From positions 248,001 to 312,000 of the forward strand of contig LSRY02000010.1 in NCBI GenBank assembly GCA_001643675.2: a stretch of DNA of 64,000 nt. The letters run 5' to 3'. Position numbers and translations under genes: made by a program. The notes beneath the pieces were generated by a model. It saw nothing but the letters and a program-made list of their open reading frames with translations. It did not search any database and was not told the DNA's origin. The stretch's first letter is position 1. Each line of letters opens with the position of its first letter. This document shows, one piece after another, positions 58,101 through 64,000 of the stretch. The DNA is from Monocercomonoides exilis PA203 (lineage: Eukaryota; Protista; Preaxostyla).

Positions 58101-60294
58101 GCTTCCATGCTTTTCCTCTGCAAGTGCAACTGGTGATGGATCGATTGTGGAAGTGAGGATTGGGCAATGTTTCATTTTGGATTGTTTGTTTTCAAAAGGA
58201 GAAGGGAATTCAATTGTGAATGAGTGTGGGAAGTGGATAGTGATTGGGAATGGAGGGGTAATTCAAATAGAGAGAACAGAAATGAATGGGATAAGATTTG
58301 ACGGATGTGGAATTGCAAGATTTGGAGGAGGGAATGTGATATTTGAGAATTGTTCATTGGACGGGATTGAGACCAGTGGAGGAGGAGTGATAGTGGGGAA
58401 TGGTGGATCGGAAATCACATTGAGGAACATGACAGGATTGGGGTGTGTTGTGGGAGCAGGGTCGCTGATAACGTCGAATGGAGGATCGAGTTTGAGAGTT
58501 GATGGAGAAAGCAGATTTGAGAATATCCAAACAGAAAGTGTGAGTGGAGGGTGTTTGAAGAGCGAGATGAAGCTGAATGATTTGCTTGAAATTGAATCAT
58601 CATTTATATTAACATGCTCGGCGAATGGAAATGGAGGAAGGGGAGGAGGAATATATATGGGTTTGAGTGACAATTGTGTGAATAACTTTGCGTTGACAAC
58701 ATTGACATTCGAAGACAATGTTGCAGCTGAGGGAAGGGATTTGTTCATTTGGTGCAAGAAACTGAATGAAACAGTGACGAAGGAGAGGTTTGGATTTGAA
58801 TACGAATATGAAAATGGAGAAGGAGAAGGAAAAGGGATGGCAGTTGATATGAAAGGGATTGACAGAGACTATTTTGCAGAGAGTGTTGATCTTGGGCTGT
58901 TTCTTGTTGAAATGAAGAGAATGGAGGTGTGTGTGTCGAGGGAGGGGTATGACACATTGGGATGTGGGAGCGATGGACATCCATGTGAATCGATGTGGAG
59001 TGGAATAAGCCACATTGACAGAAGAGGAACAGAAGGAGAAAGGAAAGTGAAAGTGAGGGATAAAGGGACAATTGAAGATATTTATTCCTTCACAGATGCA
59101 CTTGTAATTGAAGGGTGTGTGAATGAGGGAGAAGCCATTAAACACAAGCCTGTTCATTTTGAAGGGACAATCAATGGGGATTCTTCATCAACTTCATCTG
59201 TTATTTCTTCAACAGTATCACTTATCTTGTTATCTTTGATGTTGCAAATTCCATGTCAATTTGAGCCAAATATGAATTCCTTGATCTCATCGAATGGAGT
59301 TCTTCAATTCAAAGATTGTTTATTTGAGATCCAATCATCGTCAGATATCATTCAATACTCGTTGATAACAACAACAAGTGGAAGTTGCACATTGAAAGGA
59401 TGCAGTCTGGCAGATTGTTCATTTGTCAAATTTCCATTGATGATGGCCTCTTCTGTTTTGTTTGAAAACAGCAACTTTTCAAATATTGTAAACACTGGAA
59501 GCGGTGAAGAAGGAGGTGTGGCAAGAGTGATATTAAAAAATGAAGAAGATTTGGTGATCAAATCAACAAATGCGTCTTCTTGTTCACTTTCTTCAAACAA
59601 TGGAAAAGGAGGGTTTTTGTATTTGGATTGTCAAAATTGTTTGAATAAGAACCCATTTATTTTTGATGTTGGAGTAACGTTTGAGAACAACAAAGCAGCC
59701 ATTGGAAAGAACTTGTTCATTTTGGGAAAGGATTTCAACAGTTCTGTGACAAATGACTCATTCAAGTTTGATTATTCATCAATGATAAATGATAAGAATT
59801 TGTTTGCGGGGAGTGATGATTTTCATCAAGAAAAGGATTTGTTCATGTTTTTGATTCAATACAGTTCATTTGAGATATTTATTTCATCAAATGGATTTGA
59901 TGTTGCAAGATGTGGAAGTGAGGAAGAACCATGCTTCACAATGTGGAAAGGAATGGAAAATATGAAAAAGGAGAATGGAAATAAAACAACACAAATAACA
60001 GGATCAACTGTTATTCAAAATTCATTTAATGTGTCAAATTATCAGATCAAAAAGTCTGCACTGATGGGAGAAGAGAATGTGAAAGCAATATTGAATTTTG
60101 AAAAGGCAATTGGAAGTCAACTGGAATATTTCATGGTGAATAATGATCATCTTGAATTAACAAATATCCAGCTCCAGTTGACATTGGGATTTGACAACTC
60201 GGCCAAAACAATTATTTCAAACAAAGAAGGAGCTTTGGTGATAACTGGATGTTCATTATATTCAGAGGCAGGAGTGAACAATGGATTTGATTGA
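49147..60294 (+). CDS. Giant intronless Gly/Cys-rich parallel beta-helix-type surface protein, truncated by a DIRS insertion
   Basis: 3715 aa; signal-peptide-like N-terminus; recurrent GGG(I/M/L) and FxxC/FxxN motifs; nine CG-x4/5-(P)C-x-(T/S) modules; the stop codon lies inside the DIRS terminal repeat. Confidence 0.85.
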   Translation: MRNRVFIVLSFVASASILQCKCVPLDATIEDAFSKERVKEKEKIPACEYSFDHGEFEMKTFDTKNEEMYCSLKNGYSEGADERKEVLMKNKENKAKVKSNDHFDEKCEDCANTENLKVSGKGNEFFRSEMKGCVVLKNSSVLLRGLRMGCGDGKGIACAWSESEIAMDGCGVIVESGISPLDLKGSCATLVNISLKTSKTQFPQIPPLFASNPTEDRLQCFGRVSICSSRFSSMTLSSAPFLSSPSIESAALSRMVFFNISSSSSSRGSVSISCWESCTLIDGCLFSSVCDVYDGGIAQSINSQLSSLSASNTSFVGCCRTRNVEFLGSEDNKKSPGRQNLTDNGANTFTWCEWNGSRTTGTTYSFTDSASNGGAIFMCSRPMGMLSVKFCSFNVCLAHYTGGGITCNSIDSIEIVNSKFNGCVATNYAGGGMYVNSILSCVRISDCEFQRCKAIGSGGGLSISSFNVSESGCIDSESGKGESSCVFECSFTSCVLSSSSGGGMNCQSVPAAFKMRSLQFISCNAISIGGGLYFDSNQQMAPSNNLYCFFFFFHDCRCASSNSYGHDMYFQDFYNIFSSANPFYESYTTNTNDKRVYRQYYDGSSVVYQFTEKKWWLKEGMKDRFVGVGGSDTNNLCGMAESAPCKTVGHAVGASLTQLSSTITVLGGKHVNEGTVISVGEKKISIVGKGKEVSVIGTSALSTSSATLFSVTSGQLEMEHVGIDHNSIRSSSPNVFVVSVGSGTLSLEDVLISSSMSGGSVISASVFEVALRQLKMVDVEIENMKITQPLFAEPSSAGSPSGESLLGNVTIRNVNRTGGDGVAMAKNVKAGETFVVWNTTIEGCECLGGNGGGIKVELVSSTSKVRIGDSTSHSGGTTTFNQCKSSGYGGGVMLFLADGSFNFEISSVSFVGCSATLGGKDVFVNGSRFVSGTITTAKLNFSRNVSIYDELMGYDRNEIGMGRFPLNVFFDTFSGAAHVGKEVNGCGGYDSWFCGFRYFPCSTIAFAAQNRFSSSKKNIVLDPGFELGEVVSMAGSYEWEVYCATNKTNVNVWLPSGMTSSSLINVQSASSIKNIAFQIPFSLSSATSLICLTSSSLTLTGCSVAHLSEGTSSVSFGYSFVNVQSGSLKMDRFVMEEGLALVFGAHSAIEFCEGMASVICSGCNISGVKRNEGDGGWMKGTVGSSGTLTVDGCNVNGCGCVGGKGGGMHIRLKGNGKVVVNGSSVIDGNKAENNGGRGGRGGGMFVLMENGGCGLTIGQNVEFSKVNGNVATYGKDVFVDCGSGVLLESKVNSNTFSFFDTSIIPSDVLKLSGSENGDENGVIPLFVYLCSMGTKVIVDGSGGNGKDHNHCGFEKFGCLTVDYCANSRLSESSKEIEIVSSSSIAKEITVPSFGVLISGRIVSSDGERMGVNVSDGGSATQDWLVGCSSSLTMSRLSFVVKGQMNPRRSAFIHSTSTLSVTNCSVSFESGALIDGKIGYSIIDMAGGNLIVDGFVMESGVTLTMNGKSPISITSGAQLEILNSRVRGVEITGVDGGCLNVEIKEGGSVKIEGCNFSSTCSGGSGMKGGGMMISVGKGGSLEMKNVNLSECKVLSSEAVNGGRGLGGGMFAELADQMGRFSLESMAFCECNAWKGKNLFVEAQDLSAVINSTSIGFNPEIRINLTDFNELCGRERNNLELIVPLVVFLRTFSSPAYVSGREQGSEFKLCGYEDYPCRTIGEASEYRYPSSKRNIRLTNTFSFDEEVQLNKQSYEIDSSNKDVGLKVGGTGTKTQEALVMNSVSSTLTGILFELGESIWEHTSFVHSSGGTLRFADCGIKMGNGVDAVNFVFVSGSGGKVEIIRMICGGSVGEVRFVGSVIVVNGNCECMMDEVIINQTISNGVNGLIEIAASSSATIQNCSIANCDLPSCGVIQVGKYSSITLKNTSFENITRGKGDGGCLCLRSNGDGSKDTMKIENCTFRMCKVNENGKGGGGLSVSLENPSELYALSTRFEKCCAPSTSGSEGKGGGIFLSLADADARFELSGDLIFDGNEAEYGMNVFIESGDLERSVTGEHIKFVIALSDLSVEAMGMDGKWRDVVIPLKFYLAEKLNRIKMGDEGKDVVVCGFDELRCKTVGYGARRLEGQERYLEFGERYEMKEIVELDGVEGYHFCGVLTKTNMEMVGNGFGGDWMMDVSTSSATFERICFVVLCSQPSSVALAQTKIFCVSGTNGTLIIERCSVESKTREGECSCSFACVRSGRLSIFDFSMNHAKFGLNPFVVVDINGEGSIENALFESVETTNMKGLIEYSSSSSSLSFVNVTAQECVMGGKGLILDDNGKKLRMRNCMIMKTCSLEGNGSVVSGEVGDGCAVEVNDVAIEECGTLKGCGGGMAVILKGTGEMRLGKSGVVTSFEKCSAGNEGSVGGYGGGVLLRCEEGGSDFMMSELAFGTGEGANTAAYGGNNMFIEGTYLPQLVNSASFNFSFEIEGDGFNIKDLMGAEDGNEMRLIPIVVFFREKPRVGFVNGGNGGMDYHKCGYADFACSTLTYAGTSVFDTSPTTLKLVDGSSIFDELTLNTQEMNIDGDVAKAKIGISEGGENEFLIKSERAISFSSLAFSISTFAESRKEYVFLCSSSTLRFEGCSFGAESQEIGVGLICGKGGKVELVRCEFGDFAMTKSGMVTFDGAGVEGLIDEVIVRKVTRENEGRSLFELRNGDVEIKNTTMNESSFENGNEIEIGEGINTKIWNCTFKSIQRENGNGGVLNGRVGSGKCVDINKCVFEECKCNSVSAIGGGIVMIVGDGGKLLFDDNKMNGCTVSDRSGKGGGMHLTFETTNIEYSMKNDDFANNVAEKGEDVYLACGSPWTMLLPAFWEGTATRVTAENKMWVLESSEQRKEDSLINYLFPRLGTNLFVSNAGNELSSCGVKENPCSSVDIGFDQLNDEIERIVLVGAASVSKTINRKVKGLIIEGNEETRELVVKEGGKFELTEGDGQTHLALSLLQISLPCFSSASATGDGSIVEVRIGQCFILDCLFSKGEGNSIVNECGKWIVIGNGGVIQIERTEMNGIRFDGCGIARFGGGNVIFENCSLDGIETSGGGVIVGNGGSEITLRNMTGLGCVVGAGSLITSNGGSSLRVDGESRFENIQTESVSGGCLKSEMKLNDLLEIESSFILTCSANGNGGRGGGIYMGLSDNCVNNFALTTLTFEDNVAAEGRDLFIWCKKLNETVTKERFGFEYEYENGEGEGKGMAVDMKGIDRDYFAESVDLGLFLVEMKRMEVCVSREGYDTLGCGSDGHPCESMWSGISHIDRRGTEGERKVKVRDKGTIEDIYSFTDALVIEGCVNEGEAIKHKPVHFEGTINGDSSSTSSVISSTVSLILLSLMLQIPCQFEPNMNSLISSNGVLQFKDCLFEIQSSSDIIQYSLITTTSGSCTLKGCSLADCSFVKFPLMMASSVLFENSNFSNIVNTGSGEEGGVARVILKNEEDLVIKSTNASSCSLSSNNGKGGFLYLDCQNCLNKNPFIFDVGVTFENNKAAIGKNLFILGKDFNSSVTNDSFKFDYSSMINDKNLFAGSDDFHQEKDLFMFLIQYSSFEIFISSNGFDVARCGSEEEPCFTMWKGMENMKKENGNKTTQITGSTVIQNSFNVSNYQIKKSALMGEENVKAILNFEKAIGSQLEYFMVNNDHLELTNIQLQLTLGFDNSAKTIISNKEGALVITGCSLYSEAGVNNGFD

Positions 60295-60655
60295 AAAAGA
60301 AAATGTGAATCTCACTTCCTTCTCTTCTATTTACGAGAGATCATCACTTAAGGGTCAGTCACCCAACTGATCTGAAATGCAAAGATAGTAATAGATTACA
60401 ACGGTGATGTGAAATAGCTAAAAAGGATAGAAACATTAAAAAACATAACAATGTTATGGCGCTCATTACATATCACGCCTGAAGAAGAAGGAAGATGGGT
60501 CATTAACAGAATCTGTTTATAATAAGGGTGGGAGTGTATCGAGGCGGGAAGAAGAGAAGGAAGTGAGATTCACATTTTCTTTTTCAATCAAAGCGCAAGC
60601 ACTTTGATTTAAAAGAAAACATTCTCTCACTTCCTTCTCTTCTATTTACGAGAGA
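60286..60655. repeat. DIRS 3' terminal repeat and internal complementary region (ICR)
   Basis: 60286-60328 is the exact reverse complement of 60550-60592 (43 bp); after a 10-bp spacer, 60603-60655 is a variant direct copy of 60286-60340. Confidence 0.85.
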
Positions 60656-60705
60656 GTTCCATAATTGGGAGAATACTCTGCTGTTGTTATTATTTGATTG
60701 ACCTC

Positions 60706-63700
60706 TTATTTGTCATCCCTCAGCAATTGTTCGAGTTGCTCACGTTTGGCTTGCGCTCTGGTTTTAATTGTTATCTCAATTGTTTTCTTCTGGACAACTT
60801 CTCCAACTAGTCTTTTCTCACGAAAATTCCTTCTTTCATACTCTTTATGACTGTTCTCGTCTGGCTCCTCCACGTAGTCCGGCTTTGATGGTTCTTCTTC
60901 GTCGTTGTAGATCGTTTGGCTTTTGTTGTCATATTGCAGATTAGGTTTTTCCAACCTGATCCTGATTCCTTTTTCGCTCTCGATGTTGTCAGACTTTGAG
61001 TTCAGACTGTAGTCCTCCTCATCTTGCTCTTCGTCAGTTGACGAAGAGTCCTCAATATCTTCTGAACTTGAATTGTCATCAAAAGTAATTTTTGGTTTGC
61101 GAAGGGTTTGCAGACTTAAAGGTGATGACTGGGTCTGGGAGGAAGTTGCATTAATAGCCGCTTGATCTGCAATCACTTTCGCACAGGATGTGGCGATATC
61201 TTTTTGAAAATAGTAATTAATAATGGTATCGCTTCGTGGAGACAGCCTTGCGAACTTTGCCACTTGCGCTATTGGTAGTCCAGCCATTGTCAATGCAGAT
61301 ATTGAAGCATGCTTTATCGAGTAAGGACCAAAATAATTCGGTATACCTGTCTCGTGAAGGAGATTTGCAACAAGTTTTCTCAGCACTCTTGCAGAAAGTG
61401 GAATCTTTGTGCGATCGTTAATAAACAAGTGGTCAGGGTTGTCTTGAAGTTTGCTTATTCTGGACCACAATTCACACACTGCTGAGGCAGGACATATTGA
61501 AGGAGTATCTGTGAGAAACGGTATTATAATGTCTGTTCTTTCGGGTCCTGTTTTCAGCGAAGTATCCAATGCAATTGAATCTTCTCTCACTGCAGAATGT
61601 TTCAGACTGATCCGCTCGAGCTCGGTGAACCGGCAGGCGGAGAATAGCATGCAAAGACAAATTGTTTTCTTCGTGAGAGTAGTGAAGGATAAGTTCGCGT
61701 TCTCGCCTAGCCCCGATATATAATCAAGAAGTATTTTGGGGTTCCATATATCAGGCTTATTTTTCTTCTTCCTCCTTTCCAATCTTTTAAATGATCGGAA
61801 GAGAAGCTTCATAAGCGGGTAATCTCCCAAACTTCTCTCGAATAATAATTGAGAAATGAGAGAGATGGCAGATCGTATTTTACAAAGGGATTGCTCCTTC
61901 AGCCCCTTGTTGAAAAGCTTAAGGAAAACATCGGCACATCGAACGACCCAATTGAACCAATCTCCAACAGAAAGACCATAGCCGCAGTTTGTCCACTGGT
62001 CTCCGAAATGAGCATAACTGAGTAAGTACCCATGCCACGTCGAAGGCGAAAGACTGGATTTGCACAGATCACATATATCCATTGGAAATCCTCTTGTTTG
62101 CAAAACTCCTTTGAACCAGTGTTCTCCATTGATCGCTAAGGATTCATCAGTACAACTCGAAGCTTCCCTGGTGGCAGGCAAGCATCCATCCTCTTCATCC
62201 ATGGTCCCGGGGTAAGAAGTTCGCTCTGGCTCTTCCACATCCATTCTATATGGGTCGTTCTTTTCAACAACGGCTCCCATATTTGTCCCTTCCAATCGGG
62301 AAGAAGGAGAAGACCTCGAGCTCGTTCGAGAATCATTTTCCTGATTGTCGGAAGAATGAGAGGAATTGGAGGATGAGCAAGAACTGTCTCTCCTCGCCAA
62401 GGCTGCTGCAGACCGTCTTCGTTTATCGGGCTTCCTGGCCCGCACCATCTGCTCACTTTCTTGTTTTGTTTTGTGGCGAAAGCGTCCAACGTTATGTTCA
62501 ATCTCATCTTCGTTACAAGCTCCTTGAAGGATTCTTGCTTTATCTGATAGTCGCCTCCCCTTTCTAGCCTGGAAAGAGAATCGGCCCTTTCGTTTCTTTG
62601 ACCGGGGATGTGTTGCGCTTTCACTTGAATCTGCATCGTGTGTGTTTGTTTCCAAATCTTCAATAGGAGTCTTCTCAAATTCGCTCCTGCCCGCCACCTG
62701 TTCAGGTTGAACACCGATGTTGAGTTGTCCGATCTGATAAGTAGTTTGTGGATGCGATTGGATAACAGAATTGGGGAGAAGTGAGTTAGAGCTGACAAAA
62801 TTGCGAACATCTCCCGATAGTTTGAACTTTGATTTCGTTGCCAATAGGGGAGTCTGAGATGAAAATCCAAAATACTGTTTCCGATTCTTAAATAAGCTCC
62901 AACAGCTTTTCTGGAAGCATCCGTCGTAAGTGTTGCATCTGGAAGAAAGAGTGGGCACAGTTGTCTTGGCGTGTTGGTTTTCAACCTCGATATCCATTTG
63001 GTTAGATTGGGGAGAATGGACTGGTTGATCCTCATCTTCCCTCTCCATCCCACCATCGAAACCATTTTGTTTAAAGTGCGATAAAGATCTGAGAGAAACA
63101 GAGAAGCTTCTCGAACCACGAACCTTGTAGCGTTCAGCTTTCCAATGAACGCTGCAAGGTCTCTTACTCTCACTTCTTTCGCTCTGAGGGACCTCCTCCT
63201 CCATCTGGTACATTCCTTTATAAGTTCTTTCGTTCTCCTCATTTCCAGAGCCACATTGAACTTGTGCGTGTTCCACTCGAAACCCAAATAGGTGAAAGTT
63301 TGTGAGGGAATCAAATGACTCTTTTCTGTGTTTACCAGAAGACCAAGGCTTTCGAAAAGAGAAACGACTTTCTGAGTTATCCATTTTAATTTCTTTTGGT
63401 CTTGGTGAAGAAGAATAATATCGTCGAGGTACGCGATTGCTCTTACGTTCCATTGCTCCCGGATGAATTGTATCACCTTCCTCATGATTTTTGTAAAGAT
63501 TCTTGGAGAATCTTTGTATCCAAATGGCATTCCGTTGAAACAGTAGTAATTTTCGTTGAATTCGAACGCAAGAAACGGCTTGAAGTTGTCGTCCACTTTC
63601 ACTAAATAGTAGGCCTGGCTTAGGTCTAAAGTTGTTGCATAATCTCCTCTTGTTATAATTCGTTCTAGTGACCTGTAATCCTCCAGTTTGAAATGGATTG

Positions 63701-64000
63701 ACTTCGTTGCATTGTTCAACGCTCTGCAATCGATAATTTGTCTCCATCCCCCTTGTTTTTTCTTTATCACAAACACTGGATTTAAATGTTTCACCTTTCT
63801 TTTCTGTATTTTTTGTATTATGTTCGTTTCGAGCTGATTCTGGATCAGCTTTGCCATCGCTTTGGTTGCTTCCCCTGATTGATGGGGTCTGTATGTTTTT
63901 ATTTTTGAGTTTAGTAATTTCTCCCTGGCTATCCTGTTTTTCCAAATTGGAATGACGCCTCTTTTTACCAACTTCTCTCCATCTATCATTCTCCACGCTT
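60706..64000 (-). CDS. Tyrosine recombinase ORF of DIRS; N-terminal part overlaps the RT ORF in another frame
   Basis: SAM-like IRSAIS region, IWNP, LFSACRFTEL, SLKTG, CPA, YSIKHASIS, NYY; the YR domain proper starts near 62130. Confidence 0.85.
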   Translation of the reverse strand, partial: SVENDRWREVGKKRRHSNLEKQDSQGEITKLKNKNIQTPSIRGSNQSDGKADPESARNEHNTKNTEKKGETFKSSVCDKEKTRGMETNYRLQSVEQCNEVNPFQTGGLQVTRTNYNKRRLCNNFRPKPGLLFSESGRQLQAVSCVRIQRKLLLFQRNAIWIQRFSKNLYKNHEEGDTIHPGAMERKSNRVPRRYYSSSPRPKEIKMDNSESRFSFRKPWSSGKHRKESFDSLTNFHLFGFRVEHAQVQCGSGNEENERTYKGMYQMEEEVPQSERSESKRPCSVHWKAERYKVRGSRSFSVSLRSLSHFKQNGFDGGMEREDEDQPVHSPQSNQMDIEVENQHAKTTVPTLSSRCNTYDGCFQKSCWSLFKNRKQYFGFSSQTPLLATKSKFKLSGDVRNFVSSNSLLPNSVIQSHPQTTYQIGQLNIGVQPEQVAGRSEFEKTPIEDLETNTHDADSSESATHPRSKKRKGRFSFQARKGRRLSDKARILQGACNEDEIEHNVGRFRHKTKQESEQMVRARKPDKRRRSAAALARRDSSCSSSNSSHSSDNQENDSRTSSRSSPSSRLEGTNMGAVVEKNDPYRMDVEEPERTSYPGTMDEEDGCLPATREASSCTDESLAINGEHWFKGVLQTRGFPMDICDLCKSSLSPSTWHGYLLSYAHFGDQWTNCGYGLSVGDWFNWVVRCADVFLKLFNKGLKEQSLCKIRSAISLISQLLFERSLGDYPLMKLLFRSFKRLERRKKKNKPDIWNPKILLDYISGLGENANLSFTTLTKKTICLCMLFSACRFTELERISLKHSAVREDSIALDTSLKTGPERTDIIIPFLTDTPSICPASAVCELWSRISKLQDNPDHLFINDRTKIPLSARVLRKLVANLLHETGIPNYFGPYSIKHASISALTMAGLPIAQVAKFARLSPRSDTIINYYFQKDIATSCAKVIADQAAINATSSQTQSSPLSLQTLRKPKITFDDNSSSEDIEDSSSTDEEQDEEDYSLNSKSDNIESEKGIRIRLEKPNLQYDNKSQTIYNDEEEPSKPDYVEEPDENSHKEYERRNFREKRLVGEVVQKKTIEITIKTRAQAKREQLEQLLRDDK
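62136..64000 (-). CDS. DIRS reverse transcriptase - RNase H - N6-adenine methyltransferase-like polyprotein
   Basis: PVFVIKK, RQIIDCRALN, LDLSQAY, MPFG..SPRIF, YLDD, TYLG; RNase H TDAS, REMFA, SDN, HIPG..N..AD.LSR; MT-like LDAFA..N..HPPI..PDW..QIW. Confidence 0.93.
   Translation of the reverse strand, partial: AWRMIDGEKLVKRGVIPIWKNRIAREKLLNSKIKTYRPHQSGEATKAMAKLIQNQLETNIIQKIQKRKVKHLNPVFVIKKKQGGWRQIIDCRALNNATKSIHFKLEDYRSLERIITRGDYATTLDLSQAYYLVKVDDNFKPFLAFEFNENYYCFNGMPFGYKDSPRIFTKIMRKVIQFIREQWNVRAIAYLDDIILLHQDQKKLKWITQKVVSLFESLGLLVNTEKSHLIPSQTFTYLGFEWNTHKFNVALEMRRTKELIKECTRWRRRSLRAKEVRVRDLAAFIGKLNATRFVVREASLFLSDLYRTLNKMVSMVGWRGKMRINQSILPNLTKWISRLKTNTPRQLCPLFLPDATLTTDASRKAVGAYLRIGNSILDFHLRLPYWQRNQSSNYREMFAILSALTHFSPILLSNRIHKLLIRSDNSTSVFNLNRWRAGANLRRLLLKIWKQTHTMQIQVKAQHIPGQRNERADSLSRLERGGDYQIKQESFKELVTKMRLNITLDAFATKQNKKVSRWCGPGSPINEDGLQQPWRGETVLAHPPIPLILPTIRKMILERARGLLLLPDWKGQIWEPLLKRTTHIEWMWKSQSELLTPGPWMKRMDACLPPGKLRVVLMNP

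Larger units (their letters stand above)
60286..64000 (-). mobile_element. DIRS-type tyrosine-recombinase retrotransposon (3' part; continues beyond window)
   Basis: RT/RNase H/methyltransferase-like ORF overlapped by a YR ORF, followed by ICR and terminal repeat. Confidence 0.92.

Noticed and set aside
49449-59600. Numerous antisense ORFs over the giant gene (also over 39-2411 and 33224-34831)
   Set aside because: Shadow frames caused by codon bias and low complexity; no independent motifs.

Overview
AT-rich, intron-containing eukaryotic (protist) DNA using the standard genetic code. The gene families (giant Gly/Cys-rich beta-helix surface proteins, TM pseudokinases, a KFSKLF..ELE family) are most reminiscent of an oxymonad/metamonad such as Monocercomonoides; this is an inference from recall. 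Left to right: a 5'-truncated receptor-like pseudokinase; a pogo-type DD35D transposase with a ~210-aa insertion; a two-intron lineage-specific gene; a ~14.5-kb decayed Maverick/Polinton-type endogenous virus (10.57-25.05 kb); a nest of MITE/foldback elements; a 4.7-kb TIR-bounded element carrying both a pogo and a PIF/Harbinger transposase; a housekeeping block (two-RRM SR protein head-to-head with cactin, PLAC8, importin-7/8-like); and an 11-kb intronless surface-protein ORF cut by a DIRS retrotransposon with a visible terminal repeat/ICR. The virus carries a phage baseplate/tail-fibre-like gene, rve integrase, protein-primed PolB with an HNH insert, a packaging ATPase, and a primase-SF3 helicase bracketed by inverted repeats with a 166-bp perfect core. 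The strongest candidates for novelty are the endogenous virus (phage-type fibre, IR-bracketed primase cassette) and the dual-superfamily transposon. No rRNA, tRNA or CRISPR array was seen. All homology calls come from motif recognition by eye, not database searches.
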